DNA from: Bugula neritina
Taxonomy: Eukaryota > Animalia > Bryozoa
Length of the DNA: 64,000 nt
Assembly (NCBI GenBank): GCA_964035545.1
Contig: OZ037765.1
Coordinates: 17,050,995-17,114,994, forward strand
Reading direction: 5' to 3'
This document shows positions 1-12,942 of the stretch, piece after piece (position 1 is the first letter of the stretch; every line of letters starts with the position of its first letter). The notes under the pieces are model-generated. The model was not told where the DNA came from. It saw nothing but the letters and a program-made list of their open reading frames with translations, and did no database searches. Both the position numbers and the translations under genes were made by a program.

Positions 1-1266
1 CATAATTGTTTTTAAAGGCCCTTGTGTGGCATTTCTCATACTTTGTAATGTGTAGTTAAATAATATTTTGGTGTTCATGTCTCTGCAATTCTACTCTTCT
101 ATGTGCCATATTGACTTTCAATTTTTATAGCTAGTTCCTAATAAATGGAAAGTCCCAAGTAATCATTGCAGAAGTTACAGAATATTCAAATGCAAAATCA
201 ATTCAGCAGATAATTTAATCCAAGACTATTTTAATGTCACAATCATATTTTTTATTCCAATTTAAATTTCAACGTCACTAAGTTTTTTTTTAAAGTTTAT
301 TTATTTAGTTTTTTGTAGATGATTGATCCATATTCACTATTTGTGTATTATTATGCTTTGCTAAGAGAAAATAAAATTTTATATTTCATGCTGTATAATT
401 ATATGCATATTTGCAGCATTGAGGAAGGTTATTAATATACTGAGGGCAGATGATCATTTAAAGTAAAACATCATCAAACAATATGATTTGCATCTAATGC
501 ATTCCTAAGTTGAAATTTCACCATTTTGGCAATAAAAGTTGTTATTGTCTTTGCATCATGTAAAACCCATTAAAACTCACAAAAACCAAATTGCTATAAA
601 TAAACTCGAGTTAGTTTCCCATGAATATATTGTTTCCCCCATCACGTTTATGCAATCCCGCATTGTGGTTAACATGGTGAGTAGTTAGTGTCTGTGGTTT
701 CAGGGATGACTTGACATCACGTGTCAACTCAACTTATTAAAATACAGGAATCTGATGACAGAATATGCCAAAGCAAGCATTATATTTCACTAGCAAATTA
801 CCCTGATCATCCTAAACTAACAGAATGTAATGCTACCCTTTGCAATAGCTCCTCTGAGCCAGTATTGCACATATATAATCATGTTAATTATTACCCTGAA
901 CTGCAAACAGCTCCCTTAGCCTGCAGGAACGCAATAATAATATAACGTTATGTTAGCATTGATTTAGTTACTGCTGAATATAGCATGCTAGTTACTGTGT
1001 TTACAAATGCATTATAATGCAACAAGGCAGAGTGTGGTTATGGCAGTAATCCACTGAAGTATAGCAAAGCACTACTTGTATTATGATTTATAAATAGCTA
1101 AAAAATAATTTGACTTATGAAATCATCCACAAATAACTAATATCAGCATACAGCAGTTGAAATTTCTACAAACATTGTACAGAATATGTTTCACTTTCAC
1201 TCCAGAGTTATATAACACTTAGGCAGTAGTTTCACACTGAACTATAAATAAACCACTTGATAGACA

Positions 1267-4200
1267 CTACATTTCAGTAAGCCAGTTTGGGGTGCTCAAA
1301 GCAGTTTCCTTTTGTAATGCTGATCCCAATTTTTTGAATCTCTCCTAAAAATATTTTACATGTGAATTGGACAAACAGAGTAATAGTTAGTTCTTGGATA
1401 AAAGTGAAGATCTATAAAGTCACTGAGCTAATGGGGTCCGTAGTCATTTCTCTAAAAACAGTTGAATATATGAGTAATACCAGTTAGGAGTTCAAATTTT
1501 AATTTGATAAAAGTTTGTGACAATCCATGAGTTTACCACCAGTATGAAGTGTATAGAAACAGGCTGAAGGTAGATATTTTACAATATGAGAAAGGGACTT
1601 GGTGTCAGGTGATGCCAAAGGCCTGTCCCTCCTATAAAGGCCTGGCCTCACGCTCGTGAGAATCACACGAAATCGTGCACGAGATACTAACAGCAGAAAA
1701 TTGCCAAATAGAGAAACGTGATAGAAATGAAATAATTACTGTTGCTAAAATTATATTGACCAATTAAATGGTGCTTATCGTTGATTGTGATTTTTCGTCC
1801 ATCGTCATCGTTGTGTAAATCCAACGAAAAAGATTTCGTTTGAATTCCCTCAAATTTTCTTGTACGATTGTTTTTTCGTGTCAAATAGACGATTTCATGT
1901 GATTCCCACAAGCGTGTGGCCAGGCCTTAATGGAGCATTACTCATGGCCTGTTCAAACAATAATAAATACCAGACAGCAGTGGTATTCTGTGGCAGCATA
2001 TGAGGTAACAAACATACCACAGTTTCCTGGTGATCAGTCTTAAGAAGGTCAATTCTCTGTTCTAAGGTCATTTCAGAGTTGTCAGCACCTGAACCCATGA
2101 CTTCTGAAAGTATTTAAATATTTTATATAAAATATATTGTACATATTATATTTCATATTTATGCTTTGCATAAATTTTTTGCAAGATATTTACATAACAT
2201 TTACGTAAGTATCTCTATTTGTTTAAACTTGTGCTGATCATCACCATCCTGTTTGAGGCTAGCTGCAGTTTGTAGTTGTCAGCACCTGACAATTTCAAGC
2301 TATGCAGTTCAGTATTTATTAGCATAATTTGTTTCCTCAATCTTTAAATTCAGGCGGAACATTAAATCACTAGTATATTATTAGAATATACATGACATTT
2401 GCATAAAAAATATTTACTATTTCTAAAAGCTATGTAAAAATATACACTTTTAAACACTACACTATTGGTGTAAACGAGTCTACACAGAATCAATTATATT
2501 TATTCGGCATTTGGAGATGCTAATGAATTTTTTACCATCAGCTGAAAACTTGAAATATGATAACAGAAACCTTAACAATAAAAACAAAATAACAAAAGTA
2601 ATCTCTTTTTGTCTACTTGTCAACAAGGGAAACAATAAGTAACCTGTGTTAAGGTCTCCGGCTTGCTTCTGAGAAACTTGTATATTTGTTTGACTTGAAT
2701 CTAGAACTTTGAGTTGCTCTGGACTGCCTTCATATTCCTTATAAGTAGTAACATGGGTGGTAGGAGAGGGACATCTTCTCATTACTAAACCACTGCTAGC
2801 CTTTGACCCAGAAGCAGAAAAATTGGGTTTTTGAGGCTGACTGACTGTTACCGTGTGTACTGTACCTCCCTTACAAACTCGAGCTAATGTCTCCTGAAAT
2901 GTTTTATAACAAAGAGTGATTAGTTGATGACTACATAGAAAAGCAAGGGGGATATATATTATGAAATATGTTTTCCAACATTACAGCTAACTACAGAAAA
3001 TATTAGTAACCATTCATTAAATTATCCATCGTGATAAATTTAATGACAATTAGTTTAGCGCTCATTTCAATAATACATAATTTAATTGCAATTGTCGCTT
3101 TACTTGAGTAAATTGATAATTTACTTGCTACATGAGAATCAATTTTTTTATAAAGAACAATTCACTTGCTAATGGCAGAGGTGGACCTAAGTTGAATGCA
3201 GAGGATCTCAATTAATGAAATTCATAAATAAACTCTCCTACCTAGACTACAAAATAGTAAATAATATAATGGGCTCTAGCATACTCAACTGAATCAACTC
3301 CCTATATTGTAAGACTATATCTGGAGAATCTATCAAAGAGCACTGTAAATATTATTATATTAGATAAGAATATTTGTTGGCAGCTAGAAATTGTTCTGCT
3401 AAAGATTATTTAAGACCACCATTCAACTTACTCTTTAAAAAGATAATTACTATTAGCAATGCATGCAATAATTTGAATTATAATCACTATGCAATACTTA
3501 TAGCATACTTTTTAAAGCATTATAATGCATTTTCCTTACATTAAAAGTGAAAAGTACGTATGTAAAGACACCTCCATGAAAAACATTTAAAGGTTAAATT
3601 CTTTGATGTTTTTCCGCAGTCAGGGGTAACTATTGGGACTTCACTGTTTATTGCCAAGACCACATACCTTTATGCAGTCGAGTTCCTGGCGCTGGTCTGT
3701 CTTAACTCTGTGCAGTTCATCCAACACAACATGGAACTGCTCTTGGGTCTGGATCAGCTCCTGCATGCAATAACTCACAACAGTTTGAATACAGTCATCT
3801 ATACATGGAAACACACCAACATTCTTATGATAAAACATACTATAATAATTGGCATGCAAGAAATACTAGAAGCAATTGTCAGTATAAGTGCCTGTTAGTT
3901 GCTACAGAGTAAAAAGTGCTGGTTTCTGCTATTGACTTAGTTCTGGTACCCACCGTGGTGAGAAGGTCCGTTCTATTGGTCAGGTCTAGCAGCTGCTTCT
4001 CTCTAATACTGCTCTGCCTTCTTTCCTCTGCCAATGTTTCTTGCAACTACATAATAAAATATGCTATATTCAGGGAACAGTCTGTCAGATGACAGTAATT
4101 AATGATTACCAACACAAGTGGAGTTAGCTACTCAGTAGTCACATGACGCGTTTAGCCACAATGTATCACTTCAAAGGCAAAAAGTGAGACCTTTAAAAGT

Positions 4201-7200
4201 ATATAATAGTGATAACAACCCTACTCTATCTACACATATCTCTCATTAGTGTTACAATGTACTAATGCAAATGAAAAGTTATTTTCACTTTCATTAGTTG
4301 TAATGGCAACCCTGACTTATAGTTGGTAATCTAAAGCAGTGGCCGCAAATAGTCACCCTATAGCTAGTTACTAGAGTTAAACAATACCTGGCTAAAATAG
4401 GACATCATTCTGTGTAAGACGGCAATTAAAGAAACAGTGAATGTAGACAAGCTGCTGTTTGCTGATTTGCTGTCTGTAGATGCATCTGTTACTGTGTCAT
4501 AAGTTGACTCGTACGCTTGCAACTTGACTTCTAGGGATTCAAGCAACTAAGAATAACAGTTCAAGTATGTAATTTATAAACACACTAATGTGAAAATATG
4601 CATTTCATATAAGTAAGTTACAAGTATTTTGTACATTTACAAATATGAGATGAGTTAGTCTTGTCATGAACTGCTAGTGAAAGTATTTGCATGCAAATAG
4701 TTAGTAAAACACGTAATATAATTTTTGAACAGTTTCAAATGATACTTACAGTGCGGAGGTCGGGTGCTTCTAACGAAGACAGTTTAGCATGCTTCAGGTT
4801 TCTTCGTGCTCCTATAACAGTATCAAGCAGTCAAGAAGTGATGCAGTGACATGATAAACCAAACAACCTAATCAACAAATAATTTTAGCAAAGTACCGTA
4901 AAATAATAATTCTCATAAAAGCTTTTCAAATAATTTTTATGAATAATAAAGAAAAAATTTCTGACCTTTTATATGCATATTTAGAAAAAATACAATTTTA
5001 GAGAAATTATTATTCATAAAATCACAAAATAAACAATTGCTCAGCAGATTTTCACATATTAATTGTTTGCTAGTCGCAAGTTCTCTAAACAACCTAGAAA
5101 AGAAACAGAGCAGCACATGACTTGAGTTTTCATATTCCAAATGAAAACTATTTTATTATTGAAGTCAGTACTGTAAAAACATAATGTAATGTAATTCATA
5201 TATACATAACCCTTCCAATACAAAAATAGCCGATTACCCTTTTCACAGCTCACAATATTTTAAAGATGATTTTAAAATTTAATTTATGTTAAAGATTAAA
5301 CAGACTTGGTCAAAATCATTGGAGTAAAGCATCAGTATAATTAAATTTTAAAAAACAAAAAAAAAACAATTAATAAGGCAGATACTGTCCGTGGCCCTCA
5401 ACCACAAAGCAAAAATTGGTTTGCCTTGTTTGTATTTCCATCCGCCATTATTGAGTTATTAAATAAATTTGTTTTGTTACACAGAAATAACATAACTTAC
5501 CACCCACCTCATACTATTTTATCTGATAAAAAAAATTCTCTTAAGTAAATTTTTTGCTTGTGCAATTAAAAAAATCATTTGCTTTAGCCATTGCAGATTC
5601 AAGTAGCAATTTTTTGTTTATCTTTAGGATCCTTTTTTACCAAAGTGCACTCAACATTAGAACTTATACTAGTTTACTATTGGTTGGTGCACATCAACAA
5701 AAAATAAAACTATTAAAAAACAAGCAATATGCGTACCAGGTTTACTGGTTGCTTCGGGAGCAGCATTGTTGGCAGCAGTTGATTGTGTGTTCTTTTCAGC
5801 GATACAAGGATTAGCAGCCTCAGCAGTGGCTTTCAACTTGTTATTATCCAAGGTTGGAGCAGAGAGCTCACTAACTATTGTACTCAAATCTTCTTCTTCT
5901 AGAAGCTTCTGGAACCTGCGCAGGTCTAAGCGTGTATGAGATTTAGCTACAGGAGTTGTCTCGTCTTCAGCAGTTGGGCTACCGGGCTTTTCATTGGCTG
6001 TGGTTTCTAGGAGCATATAACACTGAAATGAATATCAATAAGCATAAAAAGTGAATTAAAAATGGTGATCAATTATTTTGTAAGTATACTTTAGTAGAAA
6101 TCATCATATAATATGTTAGCAACAAAGGATGTGGTACCCAGTAAAATTTATGAATGCATGCTAACTTCATACACAAGTGTAAACACTATTACTTGTTACT
6201 TTACCAGAAGTAGAGTCCTCTGAATCAGAGCTAGAAGATGCCGAGAATGTTTCATTTAATGCCCGTTTCTTCAATACAGAATTACTCAATTTCTCTAATT
6301 TAGTCATAGATTCATTGTTGGATTTGATGAGCCCGTCTGCTGGAACTGGTCTAATAAGCAGCAGTAATATATAAATTGTAGAGAAACATTAGGAGACCAA
6401 AGAAAGGCAGGGTGAAGGAGATGACTACTCTAACTGTGTGGGAAATTAAGACTCCATATCATTGAAATTTTACAACTGGCCCCAAAACAACTTGACAAAC
6501 TATTTATTACAGAGTTATGTAACAAACTGTGAAACCTACACATATACACAACCTTTATTTGCCAGCTAGTATTTAAAAGTGATGTAGATGTACATAGAGT
6601 ATAATACCTGGTGGGCATGATGTTTTCCTCACCATCGCTGTTTACTGCAGTAATCGCTGGAACTGCTTTGTATTTCTACAACGATGAGAAATCAGGTGAG
6701 GAAGATGCTACAATCTAGGTACTCAATGTCTTAGCACACATTTGCTTTATCTTTAGTCGGGTAAAAATATTAAGTAAAAACTCTGGTCAAATCATACGTA
6801 ACTTTTCAATGACAATGATGATAAAATACCTTGCAGATTAGCACACAATATACACTTCTATTATGAATATGATATCTATAATTCATACCCGAGCATCGTC
6901 TTTAAAGATATCATGTGCCACTTGTAACGCTCTGTTAGTGTCATCTAGCAGCTGACTTGCTTCACCAGTACTGTACAGGATTTCCTTAAGGAACGCATTT
7001 TTGGAGGGCATGTTTGTAGAATCGGTGAGAGCAGCGTGACGCCTTGCTTCAGCTGTAACAAATTCATCACCAGATTAATATAGGGGAATTTGTTAACAAG
7101 AATATATTGCAGCTTTCATTTAGCAAGTGGAAACAATAAATTTCATGTAATTGATTATAACAGCCAATGTTCACAGTTCTTATTACAATACATGTAGCAT

Positions 7201-10200
7201 TGAATCAATGGAAATAAAACTCATACAAGTTTATAGTCGCCATCCCTATGAAAAAATCCTTGATGAAAAGGGTTTTTGTTAAATCGGGCTAAAGACTTAT
7301 TCAGATGGGGCAAAGGAGCAATTATGACTGGATGCTCTTCCTAGCATGACCAATGGCTTTCACTGGGTGCGAACCGTGACTTCGTGTTTACTAAGCAAAC
7401 ACTCTAACCCCTAGGGCCTAGACCATGGTTGCTCTCTATTTGATCAATGGAAATTGTTACATTCAAATGAAACCTCATGTCCCGGGTCAGACAGGTTCAC
7501 CTACTACTTATATCCAATAGATTTGATGCTCAAACATAAACTGCTTTATCCAATGCTCATCAGACCAGATGTAATTCAACAGGAAATCATTCTGTCTGAA
7601 CATGGTACAACTCGTGTTGGCAGTTATTCCATTCTCAATGAATTTAATTTTAAATATTTTTAATTCAATTATCACATCTCAACTCACTACTAATTCAGAT
7701 TTAATTATGAAGTATCTTAAAGCATCTGATTTGCAAAATAAGTATAACAAGGCATAACATTTATTACCATCGATTTTTATTTTAAAAACTGCTAAGCCTA
7801 GACTTATGCCAATATATATTAATCTAATAAAATATTGTAACTAACTAAAAAAATTATAATATTGAACTTTGGTGTCTAATGAGTTGAATTAAGCAATTTT
7901 CATTCAAATCAACTATGAGAACTTCTGGCTTCTTTATCAACCTAACACAGCCATTTAAACAATGGAAATACAGTGATTCAAATAGTATGTGTTCCCAGAG
8001 TTCAGATATATAAAATTACTGTTGAACAATGCATACCAATGCGCTTTTCAATCACAGACTTTCTCACCATCTCTAAATTCTTACTTCTGTGTGATTCTTT
8101 TCTCCGAGCCTATCAAAAATTAGCATGATATATTACACATATATGTGCAAACTATTGTGCAAAAGATCTTTAACAATGACAAAACATTAGAGCACAGTGA
8201 AATGCTGAAGTGACTGAAATTTAATTTCATAACAAGTGTCTATTACCAATACAAAACTCGCCAAAAACAACCTTGCTTATTTTGTTGTAAGTCACTTGAA
8301 TATACAATCCAAAAAGCAAACATAAAGTTTGTAATTTCTACACAACTATAGTACATAACAGTAACATGTGATTATTGTGAGCTGCATAAAATACATTCAA
8401 AGTAATTTTAAAAACTGTCTTCATAATTGAATTTTTTATAAGCCATAATTTTGAAATGTACTTAATGGCCAAACATTTGCTGCGTATAGAAAAAATCTAT
8501 ATATCTAGTCACATTTAAAATTGCATGTGTATGAGTATTATATACACTAACTAAAACTACACTGTATCCATATTATACTACAATATATTCTAATTTAACT
8601 ATTAATGTTAAGGTTACTTACAATTTCTTCAGGAGTTGCTTTAAATTCTGATAAATCATTGACTGTAAACTGAAAAGTAAGATGTATTAGAAAAACATCT
8701 TCCAGATTCACACGGCCTTCTATTAAATCACAAAAAAAAAATATAAAATACTTAAAACATAACAACATAATAAAATAGCATAAAAACAAAAGTCTCCTTC
8801 AATAAACTCGGTTCTCAAAATTATTTTATTTTCAGCAGGAGCCCACATGTAGTCATAAGTGGTTATTAGTAGTTTGATTACTAGCAAAATAAATTTCTAT
8901 TTGCATAACCAATTATAAAATAATTTTTCCCAAAACTTTATACAACCTGCTAAAATTTGAAAAGTAGAAATTACAATGTGAGATATGTTACAAACATAAT
9001 TATTTACTAATACTAAATTTTTAACAAGCTGCCTCGCACCTATTATTTGGAAAATACTCTTTTGTTGAGTTTACACTTTTCCCCTCAAAACATAACTTTA
9101 ATAGTTTCTTTAAAAGAAGACAAATTCAACAGTATGTTTGGTGTTAACGAATGACAATTGGGTTAGTTATTAGCTCAAAGTGTTACATTCTAATTGGGGC
9201 TATTTTAAAATTAAATGAGAGTAAAATGGAATAAAACTAATTTCAAGATTGCCTTTTATTCTCAATTAACCTCGATTAATTTTACTCAAATAATAAATTA
9301 AATTAAATTCTTTCTGAAAACGCAATGTTTCATGAAAACTTTATATTTACAGGTTTTTCAACTTCAAACGAATAAAAATAAAAATAACATCACTCAAACA
9401 AAAGCTGCTTTTCAAGCACTTCTAATGTATATTAAGAGAAGCTATTAATTAATATTAATGATACTATCATGATAAGCAGAAACAACAATTAGCAGCAAAT
9501 TTAACCTGACTGTATAGTATTGATACTGGAATGCTTACGATTTTCATGGATATCAATAATTTTATAGACTTTCAACTACTTCACATGAATGCTGTTGGAA
9601 ATTATCTTCGGAATTATTCGACTACCCACAAAAATCATGATGCAATTTAGAGCATTCAGATAACTATAAATGTAAAGGTATAGGTGTCTACAATATAGAC
9701 AATACTCAGTATTTTGGATTCTTGATTAATTTTTCTTAAATAAAAAAATCATTACAGATGGCACTCAAATTTTGAAATATATTTGCTATAAATCTGGCAA
9801 TTTTCATTTCCATATACTCATTTTATTTTATTCAACTAAAAAAAAAATTTAAGGTAAACAGTAGTTATTTAATAAAAATATGTAGAGTGTAACATTGTCA
9901 TACATTATTTTCAAAGGTTCTATTTTGTAATTGCTATTCAAGGTTTACACAGTGTAAGCATACCATTGTTAATTTAAAGACATTTTTTAACCATTTGTAG
10001 TAATTTTGACCAAAATGTTTAAAATAAAAAATAGTTTTAAAACTAGCAAAGTTTTTTAATAATCTTACTATCTTAAAATTATTAATAACAGCAATGGGTT
10101 ACTTATGACCACAGCACATTATTGTAAAATTGATTATGATTTATCTTGTAACTCACTTGATTACACATTTTAAAATTTGGATATTCATAAAAAAAACTCA

Positions 10201-10284
10201 ATAACTTACATCCCAATCAGGTTTTGTAGTTCTTTTAGATCCGCCTTTCATCTTTGAGTTTGAAGTTTTTGCTATCAATGACAT
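1267..10284 (-). CDS. SPICE1: Spindle and centriole-associated protein 1-like (SPICE1/CCDC52), 14 coding exons, about 554 aa
   Basis: GT-AG exons join in frame: 10284-10210, 8669-8622, 8109-8037, 7052-6889, 6675-6608, 6350-6205, 6006-5737, 4811-4750, 4546-4388, 4046-3954, 3760-3668, 2893-2644, 2103-2018, 1344-1267. Peptides KPDWD-FTVNDLSEFKATPEEI-ARRKESHRSKN, FLKEILY, LSNSVLKKRALNE, SLSTFTVSLIAVLHRMMSYF and LEQRIDLL resemble recalled vertebrate SPICE1 blocks ([47 protein letters not shown]) in the same order. Confidence 0.8.
1638..1927. mobile_element. MITE, PIF/Harbinger (Tourist)-like, in the last SPICE1 intron
   Basis: Imperfect TIRs of about 39 bp (AGGCCTGGCCTCACGCTCGTGAGAATCACACGAAATCGT versus reverse complement AGGCCTGGCCACACGCTTGTGGGAATCACATGAAATCGT), with TAA on both sides (1635-1637, 1928-1930). 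Confidence 0.85.
7216..7442 (-). mobile_element. tRNA-derived SINE, copy 1 (SPICE1 intron)
   Basis: Reverse-complement homologue of 27584-27794, flanked by the direct repeat ATCAATGGAAAT (7204-7215, 7443-7454). Confidence 0.8.
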
Positions 10285-11265
10285 TCTAATGTTAACTTCA
10301 AGCAGCACTATGCTCACAATGATTATGACCCAAATTAGTAACTAAAAATAAAACAAAATTGTACCTAATTTAGTGAAAACTATGATTTTCAATTATACAT
10401 AATCATACATTTTATAAAAGTTATTGATATTTTATATTAATATAAATGTTTTCTATTGTTATTCATATCTTAAAGTGAGACTATAAAACTATTCAAGTTT
10501 CTAAACTGAACAATAAAGGTAGGTGCGGAATTGCAGTTTTTAAAATAGTGCTAGTTCTAGGGTAAATGCAACATAACAAGTTATTTGATTGGGAAATAAA
10601 GCAATTACACTCCAAAGTTATAAATTATAATCCCAACATATCTACAAATAAGGCTAATCAGGAAAAATGCCAATTTGAGTTATAATCAAATGTACTGTAA
10701 ATATGAACCCAAAACCTAAAATTCCTACAGAAATAAGATAAGCATTCAGCACTTGCAATAGTAAATGATGAAACTACAAGAGACAGCCAAAATATGGTAA
10801 TAGCCACTAGACATGCTGCTCGTGGTGAAATTCTTGAACATTCAAAAACACTTAAGGTTATAGGAGTGCCTAATTTGGTTTACAGTAGGAAATTTGTGTG
10901 ATTACAGGTTTAGTGAATGTTATGCCAAATTGTTAATCTATGTGCCTTTTGGTGTCTCTAATGCTTATGGTTATTGGTGAGAAACTACATATCATGATAA
11001 ACTAGTGAGGTTATATACATTATATCTTCGAACTTTGAAGTTCAAGGGTATTCACTAAATTTAATTCAAAGCTAAAAGTAATCACTAAAAGTAAAACTAA
11101 AAGTAAATATAAATAATCATATTATGAGTTTATAATTATTATCTTTATGGTTATCTAGTGACTGAGTAGTGTGTAGAACTGATCTACTTCTAGAATATGA
11201 TCCAAGTCCAACTATAATCAACAAGAATAATGATACTCATAGTGTGAATTACTGAAAGTGAATAT

Positions 11266-11608
11266 TGTTGTGAGTTTTAGCACAATTATCAAGCGTGGAT
11301 TGCCTGCGTATTTAGTTTCAATTTAACTAGCAACTACTAACAGAGCTTGCGTACGATAACCTTTATTTAATTCGATAAACATAATTATAACAGTATGTCA
11401 AAACCACAATACATCAATCAATTATAACACGTCTTACTACTACGAGCCCCTGCTCTCAACACACATGGTTTCTGCTAGCTAACCCGCGAACAGTCACTTG
11501 ACCGGAACCTTGTCTTCCGGTCCTTCTGATTGGATAGTAAAACATAGTTATAAGTATTCCCAAACAGGAGGAGACAAATGCATTATTATGCTACGTAATC
11601 CCATTACA
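11266..11608 (-). repeat. 3' LTR (343 bp)
   Basis: Direct repeat of 16213-16555. The only difference seen is A11416 versus C16363. AATAAA lies on the minus strand at 11362-11367. Confidence 0.97.
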
Positions 11609-11619
11609 CCGCCCCCTCC
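11609..11619 (-). promoter_or_regulatory. Polypurine tract
   Basis: GGAGGGGGCGG on the minus strand, immediately before the TG of the 3' LTR. Confidence 0.85.
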
Positions 11620-11884
11620 AGCAGAAAGCCATACTTTCTGATAAAAACAGAAATAGTATAATAATGCAAAAATAACATAAGTAAAGAAACCCACAAAGAG
11701 AAAGAAGAGAAATATCAAATGTGCGACATATATAAACATATAAGTAAGATACGGATAGCCAGCGTACAACTGGCCAGCTATGAAGAGAGAGTCCTGGATC
11801 GTAGGTCATTAGCAGTCAAGCATTTACACGATCACAACGTAGTATCCCGGGAAAATGCGGGATAGAATTGCCAACTGTCAGCTC

Positions 11885-12556
11885 CTACTTTCGTAGGGAT
11901 TCGATCCGGTGTCGTGCCTGCCGTGCACGTAGCCTACGCTTTAGGTGTCCTACTGAGCCCTTCAATTCACTAAGGCCCATGGTGGTACTGAGTAGGTCGG
12001 GAGCCAACTGGGTGAGTTCATCCTGTAACCATGAGAGTCTTTCTTCGACGGTTGCTAGTCGGGTAGGCCTGGTTGGGGTTGGCGTCGCTTCTCCTGGAGA
12101 GTCTGATGCTTCCATAGGGGTATTGTCTAGCCGCGGTATGATTGCGGCGACCGTTTTCACCATAGGGGACTTTTGACGGGCGGCTGTTAGTAATGTATAA
12201 AATCCGGAGGATAATGCGGCCCAGGTTAAAGCCTTCTTAACCATTGGTTTGACCGCTTCTAGGTATTGGTCGTAGTTGTCCGCGTCTACTACATAGCCCT
12301 CGCCCGCGAAACAGTCCATCATATGAGCCAGGACAGGGTATGGGTACACGTCGTGAAATCCACACGGACAAAACCGTAGCAGGAAGTGTGCATTCACATG
12401 CAGCCGTAGTCCTTGGTGTGAGGGAAGCTCTTCGTAACACACGTGGCAGGTGTGTTGTGACCTACTCGGTCCCCAGGCTTCTTCAATTTGCCGCTCCGCT
12501 CGTCGCGACACCCATCTGTGTCTTCGACGCAGCACCGCGGGCAGTCCGTTGTCCAT
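11885..12556 (-). CDS. LTR element ORF3: tandem zinc-finger (C2H2 + CxC-H-C) and coiled-coil protein, 223 aa from the first ATG
   Basis: Open frame 12784-11885 with first ATG at 12556. Contains C-x2-C-x12-H-x3-H (CHVC...HVNAH), then C-x-C-x12-H-x3-C (CPC...HMMDC), and a C-terminal heptad region RLATVEERLSWLQDELTQL...LSELKGSVGHLKRRL. No signal peptide or TM segment. Confidence 0.75.
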   Translation of the reverse strand: MDNGLPAVLRRRHRWVSRRAERQIEEAWGPSRSQHTCHVCYEELPSHQGLRLHVNAHFLLRFCPCGFHDVYPYPVLAHMMDCFAGEGYVVDADNYDQYLEAVKPMVKKALTWAALSSGFYTLLTAARQKSPMVKTVAAIIPRLDNTPMEASDSPGEATPTPTRPTRLATVEERLSWLQDELTQLAPDLLSTTMGLSELKGSVGHLKRRLRARQARHRIESLRK

Positions 12557-12942
12557 TTCCGGTCCGTTATCCAAGGAGGAGAGAGAGTGTAGGTCCTGTG
12601 ACCCAGAGTTGGTCGATCGAGTGTGATCTGCAAGAGTATAACAGTGTGAGAGGGTACACTGAGTACAACCGGCGTATACAGCCTGGTGGGTACTTAACTC
12701 AACTAGACACTCGTGAGACTCAGTTAATGAATAGTTGATCGAAAACACACACTGCCGTAACAGACTGTTAAGTCTTAGAGTCAATGTGAATTCTCACCAC
12801 TAAAAATCATTACCGAGTCTCCAGCTTACTCTATTATAGTTAAGCTGATTAATACAGTTTAGTTCTCGTACCAAAAACATAACTAACTCACCCCTCGATT
12901 CTTGGCAAGCCATTGTGAATGAGAGTGGTATGTTTATGAATT

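Noticed and set aside
600-760. Possible plus-strand terminal exon(s) of an upstream gene
   Set aside because: Splice-like signals are present, but there is no recognisable peptide or consistent exon chain.
2077-2290. Exact 16-bp duplication AGTTGTCAGCACCTGA in a SPICE1 exon and its upstream intron
   Set aside because: It is too short to infer an exon duplication, and the gene is in frame without it.
11885-12784. ORF3 as an env gene, or as a 299-aa protein
   Set aside because: It has no signal peptide or TM segment. The listed start is TTG, and the first 76 codons overlap a probable intron or UTR.
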